The position numbers and the translations under genes were made by a program. A DNA stretch of 64,000 bases from Chiloscyllium plagiosum (taxonomy: Eukaryota): NCBI RefSeq assembly GCF_004010195.1, contig NC_057749.1, forward strand, positions 23,480,999 through 23,544,998, read 5' to 3'. The notes under the pieces are model-generated. The model did no database searches. It was not told the DNA's origin and saw only the letters and a program-made list of their open reading frames with translations. Of this stretch, positions 54,401-63,400 are shown in pieces; position 1 is the stretch's first letter; every line of letters starts with the position of its first letter.

Positions 54401-57400
54401 ATGCAGACACGGGGAGAATTTGCAAACTCCACACACAGCCGTCCAAGGCTGGAATCAAATCCAGGTCCCTGGTGCTGTAAGGCAGCAGTGCTGAGTCACC
54501 ATGCTGGTCCAGAGTCAAAGTAATCAAAATTTAAAAATAATGCAGTACCAGCCAAAATTCTTCAGAGATTAAATCTACTTGCTTTAAATAAATACACAAA
54601 TAATATTCAACAAAAGTGAGGAGCAGGGAACTGGAGGAATGGTCACAAAGAGCATGAAAACCCCATCTGATAAGAGAAGGGAAATTGCAGTTCAGACCAT
54701 TTTCTCAGGAATGGTTGAAAGTTGGTTGAAATATACAACAGATTTCTATTCTCGATCACTTCTGTTCATTGTGTGCATAAATGATGTGGGAACAGAATCA
54801 TAGAGAAGAGGGCTGACATTATAGATGATACTAACATAGAAGCCAGAATTAAGAATTCCGGTGGAAGGAATAAAATGATAGGATGGGTAAAAAGACAGCA
54901 GATGGAATTTATAGTTAGCATATTGGACAATAGGAAGTAACAAAAATTCTCATTTGAGCAGGGAGGCTGAGTTATGTACAGAAGTAGAGGAATCTGGCTG
55001 CTCAGACTCACGAAAAATTACCCAGTGGATAAAACCATTAAATAAAATGATAACCAATTGGGTTTATGGCACACAGAGTTCAAAAATGCAAAAGGGAAGT
55101 TTGAAGCAATATAAACTTCAGTAAGATCATAGCTAAAGGACTGTGGGCAGCACTGGCTACATATCATGAGCATCTTGAAAAAGTGAGATATGAATCGAGT
55201 AGGAAGAGAATTTAAATAATCTATTTTTGGGATTCTGTAGCAATATACACCTATCGGGACCAGCTCACTTAGTATCCAGGAATCGAACAGAAATTTATTT
55301 CTAATTTTATCCAAACTTTAGAGATGTACAAATTCTGGGAATGATAAATTTGTACTCCACAACAAACCATTTTAAGATACCACAGCAAAGATAACAAACT
55401 TTATTTTTTGAAAAAATTCAAGTGATGAAATAGGAAATAAATTACTTGAAACTGGCATAAACTCAATGTTTATTTATTCAAGGGTTAGCTGATATGAATG
55501 AAATTTATGAAAAAACCATGAACAAAATGCCAACAACGGAAAAGTAATATCATAGAATGCTCCTTCTGGTCCTCTTGGCAGAACAATTCCCATGTTCCAA
55601 ATACTGTTTACATGGGAAATCTCAATGGACAGAAATTTTCCAAGATGCTCCATAAATGTTGGGAGAAATTAGGTAAAGAGCCATAAAGGGAAAGGTGACT
55701 TAAAAGGTGACCAGGCTTTCCAAGAGTTTTTAAGAGCTAGACAGAAGGAGGGAATTTCAAAGAGTATCCCAAAGGCAGTTGAAAATTTCAGCAAGAAAAT
55801 GGGAGGAGAGACGCCAAGGTCAGAGGAAAGAGGTGTTGAGGATGATGATAATCAGAGGTGCAGGAAATGAAGAAATAATTCTGAATTTAATGCATGACAG
55901 ATGGAGAGTCAATATCAGTCACCAATGAGAGGAGTAACGAGAGAACAGAATCTGTGCTGACAAACTCTATTGAGCAGTGTTTTGGGAAAATTGCAATTTA
56001 TGAAGGATTGCAGATGACAAAAGTAACCAGATTTCAATTCAGAATGAAGGTTAAAACAAATTAGAATTATCCAGCATGAGCTCTGACCACAATGAATAAT
56101 TTCACTTCCAAAATCCGAGGATTAATATGCTCAGTTAACACTCCAAACACAGATGCAGAGCACCTAGGAGAACATCTCAAATTAAAAACTACAGAACAAT
56201 CTGCAAAGAGCTTGTTAATGCAGGGAACGCAGAGGAGCATGGGCAGCTAGAAGCAACAATGATTTACCCAAGTAAACCTTAAAACAAGTAAACCTAGCTA
56301 GAGCATAATTGACAGGAAGATTAATAAAAAACTACAGCACCAATATATTTTGAACACATTATAAATTACTTACAGTGAGCGTTTGCTCAGTGCTGTCATA
56401 ACTAGTTTTGAAACGTGGTCCATTTCGGTCTGCCTGTGAACAAAAAATTATTATGTCACACACTTATCTGATCAAATGAAACAAACATACCACGCTGGCT
56501 CTTTGAAAGAGATATTCAATTAGTTCAAACCTTCACATTGCTGTCAACATGACAATTTACAAAACTTTCTTCTTGTGCATAAATTCCCCTTGTGAACTGG
56601 GAAAATTAGTTTTTTTAAAAATACCCACATCTGCTAATTAATCCCTTGGGATGATGCTTGACTGTATGAGCGCCTTAAATTTTTCTTTAGGAATCAGTTT
56701 ATGACTCTGAGGGCTTATAATAATAGTACAGCCAATCTTAAATATCAACAGGAGGGACACATGAGGGTAAACATGCAAAGACTGCTCAAAGTCACTGGAC
56801 AGGTTGAGAGCATGTTGAATAAATCACACGGTAACCTACAGTTTACTACTAGGGACATGGTACATAAGCAAAGTTATTTTAAACCAATATAGCCTTATGT
56901 AGAGTATTGCATCCAATTCTGGATACTGTACTTTAGCAAGGATGCAGGGAAAAAAAAAAATCAGAATGGCCCAGGATGAGGAACTTCAGTCATGTAGATT
57001 GACTGGAGAAGCGCGAGACTGTTCTGCTCGGAAAAGAGAAGCTGAAGTGGAGATTTATAAAGATGTTCAAAATCGGAAGGGATCTAGATAGAATGGATAG
57101 GGAGAAACTGTGGCCATGGTTCGAAGATTATAGCACCACAGGGCACTTGGCAAAAGAATCAAATGCCAATCGGAGTTAAAACTTTTTTTATACACAAAGT
57201 GGTTCAGATCAGTGTATTGGAGACAGATTCAATCCAGGGATTCAAAAAGGAATTGGATCATTATCTGCAAAGATTTACAAGGATACAGGCTAAAGACAGG
57301 GTAGTGGCAGTTGGTGAATTGCTCATACGTTGGGCCAGCACTGAAAATGGCCTCACATCTGTCAAATCCATACCCCGTCCAGGGGGCATTGAACCAACAA

Positions 57401-60400
57401 TTTGCTTGCAAAGATCCACACCAGCAGGTTATCAATCTTGATTTCCCTACAGAAAAGTAAAACTATTATCACAATTTATAAAGTTCATCTTCCAAATCTA
57501 CTAGGGTATAGAGGGTTTCCAGGAGGGGCAAACGAAAAGACACCCAAATGTCAATAACGTGAGGTGATAAGCCTGCACACCACTCTAAAGGAAAAGCAGC
57601 TTTGCGTATGAAATCAACAAATTTTGGCAAGTGCCATAAAATATTAACTGCAAAGTTGGGAAGACCTTACTCTTGATTTTTAGTTCTATCATTTGAACGT
57701 ACTTTGTTAACTCAGTTTTTGTAGAACATATGAAACAAAAATATTTCCAGTTCTTCGAAATAGAAACAGCTCTCTCTTCAGGGGAGTTACAATGAACATT
57801 AACATTTCTCCCATGGGAACAATGCCGAATACAGTCAAAAAAAAAATGGACTTGCATTTCCTGTGACAGCAAGTCTTCAATAAATGGCACTGATGACAAT
57901 CAACTATCTAGTACTAACTAGTTTAGGGTGTAGGTTTGCTCGCTGAGCTGTAGGTTTGATATCCAGAAGTTTCATTAACTGGCTAGGTAACATCATCAGT
58001 GGCGACTCCAAGTGAAGCGAATCTGTGGTCTCCTACTTTCTATTTATATATTTCTCCTGGATGGGGTTCCTGGGGTTTGTGGTGATGTCATTTCCTGTTC
58101 GTTTTCTGAGGGGCTGATAGATGGCATCTAGATCTGTGTTTGTTTATGGCGTTGTGGTTGGAGTGCCAGACCTCTAGGAATTCTCTGGCATGTCTTTGCT
58201 TAGCCTGTCCCAGGATAGATGTATTGTCCCAGTCAAAATGGTGGTTTCTTTTCATCCGTGTATCGGGCTACGAGGGAGAGAGGGTCGTGTCTTTTTGTGG
58301 CTAGCTGGTGTTCGTGTATCCTGGTGGCTAACTTTCTTCCTGTTTGTCCTACGTAGTGTTTGTGGCAGTCCTTACATGGAATTTTGTAGATAACGTTGGT
58401 TTTGTCCATGGGTTGTACTGGGTCTTTTAAGTTTGTTAGTTTTTGTTTGAGAGTGTTGGTGGGTTTGTGCGCTACTAGGATTCCGAGGGGTCTTCATAGT
58501 CTGGTTGTCATTTCTGAAACTTCTTTGGTGTATGGTAAGGTGGTTAGGGTTTCTGGCTGTGTTTGGTCTGCTTGTCGTGGTTGTTCTTGAGGAATCTGCG
58601 GACTGTATTTTTTGAGTATCCGTTCTTCTTGAATATGTTGTATTGGTGTTCGCCTGTTTTCCGAAGTTCGTCTGTGCTGCAGTGTGTGGTGGCTCGTTGG
58701 AATAGTGTTCTGATACAGCTTTGTTTGTGCGTGTTGGGATCGTTGCTGGTGTAGTTAAGTATTTGGTCAGTGTTTGTCGGTTTTCTGTATACGCAGGTTT
58801 GTAGTTCTCCGTTGTCCTTTCTTTTGACTGTGACGTCCAGGAATGAGAGTTTGTTGTCGGTTTCTTCCTCCTTGGTGAACTTTACATACAGTCCGCAGAT
58901 TCCTCAAGAACAAACCACGACAAGCAGACCAAACACAGCCAGAAACCCTAACCACCTTACCATACATCAAAGTAGTTTCAGAAATGACAGCCAGACAACT
59001 AAGACCCCTCGGAATCCTAGTAGCGCACAAACCCACCAACACGCTCAAACAAAAACTAACAAACTTAAAAGACCCAGTACAACCCATGGACAAAACCAAC
59101 GTCATCTACAAAATTCCATGCAAGGACTGCCACAAACACTACGTAGGACAAACAGGAAGAAAGTTAGCCACCAGGATACACGAACTCCAATCACAACGCC
59201 ATAAACAAACACATAGATCTAGATGCCATCTATCAGCCCCTCAGAAAACGAACAGGAAATGACATCACCACAAATCCCAGGAATCCCATCCAGGAGAAAG
59301 ATATAAATCGAAAGCAGGAGACATGCTAAATTGTCTGTAGTGATAGATGAAGGGGTAAGTGTAGGGGTATGAGTGGGTTGCGCTTTGGCGGGTCGGTGTG
59401 GACTTGTTGGGCCGAAGGGCCTGTTTCCACACTGGAGGTAATCTAATCTAATCTAATCTAATCTAACAGCTTCGCTTCACTTGGAGGTCGCCACTGATGA
59501 TGTTACCTAGCCAGGTAATGAAACGTCTGGATATCAAACCTACAGCTCAGCGAGCAAACCTAAACCATAAACCTCAACCTGAGCTACAAACCTTGCAACT
59601 AACTAGTTTTCCATCTGCTCCAAACAACGTATGGTCAATGGGCTTTCTTCATCAATAGGTCTGATGGTATATCATAAAAATTAAACCTGCAAATATTGGA
59701 CTCAACAAGGCATCCTTCTGTTTGGACTCTCGCTTTGCCACTGTAACAGATTTTCCACAGGGAAAGAACTTGCCATTGGGATATCATACCAAGACCACAG
59801 AAAATCAGACCTGGCCTATAGTCTCCATTGGTCGGGAGATATAGTCATTCCACTACGAATGAAACCATACTGCTTATTCCTTCCTCCAGTACCAGTCTTG
59901 CTCAGGACATAAAATATTTCATAAAACATGCCAGCCAATTGAAAGATGCAACATCAGGAAGAACCTGAAGCGAAATAATACCATGCCATTCCTCTTCCCA
60001 TAAACGATGCAAATCAGCAATAAAATTAGCGATTTTGTCCTGAAACATAAAGCTAAGAGATTCTAACCTGCAGGTTCACCAAGTGCAAAAAAAGCCTCAA
60101 GAAAATGCAACTGGACTCTAAAATCAACAGCTCAATCTCCGGTTCTCCAGTTTATGCTGATCTAAGCTAATTCCCAGCTGCAAGACAACTGGGGTTTTGT
60201 TATAAGGGGTCTGAAGACGAGGAGGCATAGCCATGTTACAATATCAAGCTTAGCATGACAATGGGAAACCTCATCAAGCACTATTTACACACGACAATTT
60301 TCCCAATAACCTATCCAGCTAAGCCAAGCAATTTATAACATTCTGCAGTGTCACTGGACTTGAAATAGTAACTGTTTTCTCCCCACAGATGCTGCCAGAC

Positions 60401-63400
60401 TTGTTCAGTTTCTTCAGGAATTTCTGTTTTTGTATGTTATGCTGGGCTCACTCAGCAACTTGTATAAGACAGACTTGAGGATCAGAGTCATATTAAGGTA
60501 GCCTGCAGCTGGCTGAGAAAGCAGTTAACTTTTAGATGTCAATCTGCTGAAGAGGTGTGAAGATTAAAACTCTACCTTAATATACTGTACTTTCAGAAGA
60601 TCAGATCCAGGTTCGTCCGAAGAACTAATCAAATTAAGCGGTTTACTATTTGAATCTGCAACAAAATTAGCAGTAGTGAGCTTTGGACTAGGAACATCAA
60701 GTTAGGTTTCCATAAGTTGAATTTTAATAACTATAAATACACTTTAACAAACAGAATACAACAATAGATGAAATATAAAACGTATATATAAATGCTCAAA
60801 AACAGCCCAGGATGTAATTTTGAAAACAAAACAAATTTTTTCAGGAAGGGCGGCACGGTGGCTCAGTGGTTAGCACTGCTGCCCCACAGCACCAGGGGCC
60901 CAGGTTCGATCCCAGCCTTGGGCGACTGTCTGTATGGAGTTTGCACATTCTCAGTGTCTGCGTGGGTTTCCTCCAGGTTCCTCCCACCGTCCAAAGATGT
61001 GCAGGCCAGGTGAACTGGCCATGCTAAATTGCCCATAGGGTTAGGTGCATTAAGTCAGAGAAAAATGGGACTGAATGGGTTGCTCTTGGGAGGGTCGGTG
61101 TGGACTGGTTGGGCCGAAGGGCCTGTTTCCACACTGTAGGGAATCTAATCTAAAATCTAAAAAAAGTGTCAAATAAAAACTAACACCCAAAATTGCAGAA
61201 TTTTGTTCATAACTATTTCTTCATTTTCACCCATAAGACCATATTTCAAAATTCAAGTTAGACATTCATTTAAAAGCCAATGAAACAGTCCAAGAATAGG
61301 ATGTCAGAAGAAAATCTACTAAACCAATAAAGCATTCTTAATTAGAAAGTTTTGCAGAGTAATAGGGATAAACATACCAGAAGAAACAGTTTTTATAAAA
61401 CAAAGTTCACCCTCTTCTTATGTAGACTCAATTAGTGGATCCTTTGAAATTTGGCATTCTTTTGATTCTGTCCCGATGAGGGCAAGATACCGCTCTTGTT
61501 TGTTTTATTTATTGGCTTATTCTGTCTTAAAAAGTTGCTGGGATGGCTCTTATTTTGCATTCTGAAATGCTCCTCGAACTGCAGAATGTATGACAGCCAC
61601 CCAGAATAGTAAATACATTCATTTTCACTCAAGCTTTGCTATCAAAGTTCATATTTTGTACAAGGACATGTTTTTGTTCAAAAGAAAGCAGGGATTTCCC
61701 ACACATACTGCACTGGATATGAGTGAGCCATGTTGTAATGAAAATGCTTCACCACTATCAGAACGGCCAGACACTGCGTTGGTGTGGTTAAATTTAGACT
61801 CACTATTGCTGAAAATTGAATTTGACCTATGCATGAATAACACCTTTGACATGCAAGCCAGTTTAACAATTACTGAAACCCTGCTTATGCCTTACAGCTC
61901 TGAGCAGTTGAACATGAATTTTGTATTTCTTGGGTCATTTCAGAATGCATAAAATGTGGCACTCCAGGTATTTTTAAAAGATGGCCACATAATAAAACTG
62001 CATTACTCACAATCACATTACAATAACTTTTTGCCATGAGTCCAATGCCAAAGTTGACTTCAATTCATTAATAAATACAAGCAATAGCTTTAAAGTTTTG
62101 AAATTATTTTCCAATAAAATAAAATGCTGCATGTAAAACTGATTTCCATAAAGTACACTGTGAAGAGTTACACATACCAGTGACAAAAGCTTTCAAAAAA
62201 AATGTTTCACCAGATAACTCAGTCAGGGCTGTTTTGTCCAGAATTTTCTGGCAACACGCAGCTCTTTATGAAATATAGCTCAAAACACCAATTAAATATT
62301 TATAGTAAGATGACATTTGACTAACAATGTTTGATAAAGATGTAAATTATACTTATGAAACAAGGTTTATTGTGCAATTAAAGTAAAAATTTCTATCTTG
62401 CTTTTTTAAAAAAATGTTGCAATGGCAAACAGACTATCAGCAAGGTAGTAAATGTAAGCAATGACTATGCTCATAAATACTACAGTTAATACAGTACTGG
62501 GAATGAAGCTGAAATAGTACAGCAAGCCAGACAACTGACAACAGCACTGAACTTTACCATATTCAATGCATGGGCAATTTCTGGAAAATATTGAGCTAAT
62601 AAAATGTTGGGATTCATAGCAGAAGAGTATATTTCAAGTATATAAAGATAGTCACTAATAAATACAAATGGAATGCAGAAAAAGACTTCTTTATTCAAGT
62701 TGATGAAAATACAGAACTTGCCCCCATATGGAGTGGTTGAGATGCATTCAATCACAAAGTCGATACTTTGTGATCAGGCATCAAGGTTATTCTGACAAAC
62801 TGAGACAAAGCAAGGTGGGAGAAGGTTTGTGTAAAATCTGAACCAAATGGTCTATTTCAGCACTGTAAACACTCCAGGTAAGGTTAAGGTTTTATAATGT
62901 ATCACTCACAGCACAATGGAGTACTAAGTTCAGCAGTGCTCAACTGGTGTCCTCAGGACATTGTAGCATATTTTTTTAAAAATCAATAGTTTGAAGGTAA
63001 ACACTAGGAGATCAGAAAACGCCAAGCATTGCCTTAAGTGAAAAGAGAAACACCTGTACATAAAATATTAAAATGAAAGTGTGGTAAGCATGCTCAAAAA
63101 TAAGTCACAAGTCAATATCATCACAAGTTCCATTCCAGCAGAGCAGTAAATGCTTTGAATAATGTGCACAACCGAGTACCAGAAACTCAAAATAAATCTG
63201 GATTGTACAATGGGAAAGTTGGGGTTCTGAGAAGATGTGCTTCAACAGGATAAATAACATCATCTCACTCTCAGCTCTTTTACATTTTACATGATCTTAC
63301 AACTTATCGCCCCACCTGTAAATTCACAGCAGTTCAAAGCAATTTTCCTCAGGTAGGCTGTTGCACTCAAATCGAACTTCCTTACTTTGGTTTCAGTTCC

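Larger units (their letters stand above)
57925..59597. mobile_element. Poseidon-type Penelope-like element inserted as a large inverted duplication
   Basis: RT remnant KFTKEEE..KLSFLDV..VYRKPT on minus; GIY-YIG VIYKIPCKDCHKHYVGQTGRKLATRIHE on both arms; 12-bp TSD ACTAACTAGTTT at 57913..57924 and 59598..59609. Confidence 0.93.

Noticed and set aside
60848..60925. tRNA gene
   Set aside because: It is the tRNA-derived head of an HE1-type SINE and continues into the V-domain and LINE tail
61590..61952. 120-aa plus ORF and overlapping minus ORFs in unique-looking intron sequence
   Set aside because: No recognisable homology; flanking VPS13C exons already join in frame; no convincing splice sites
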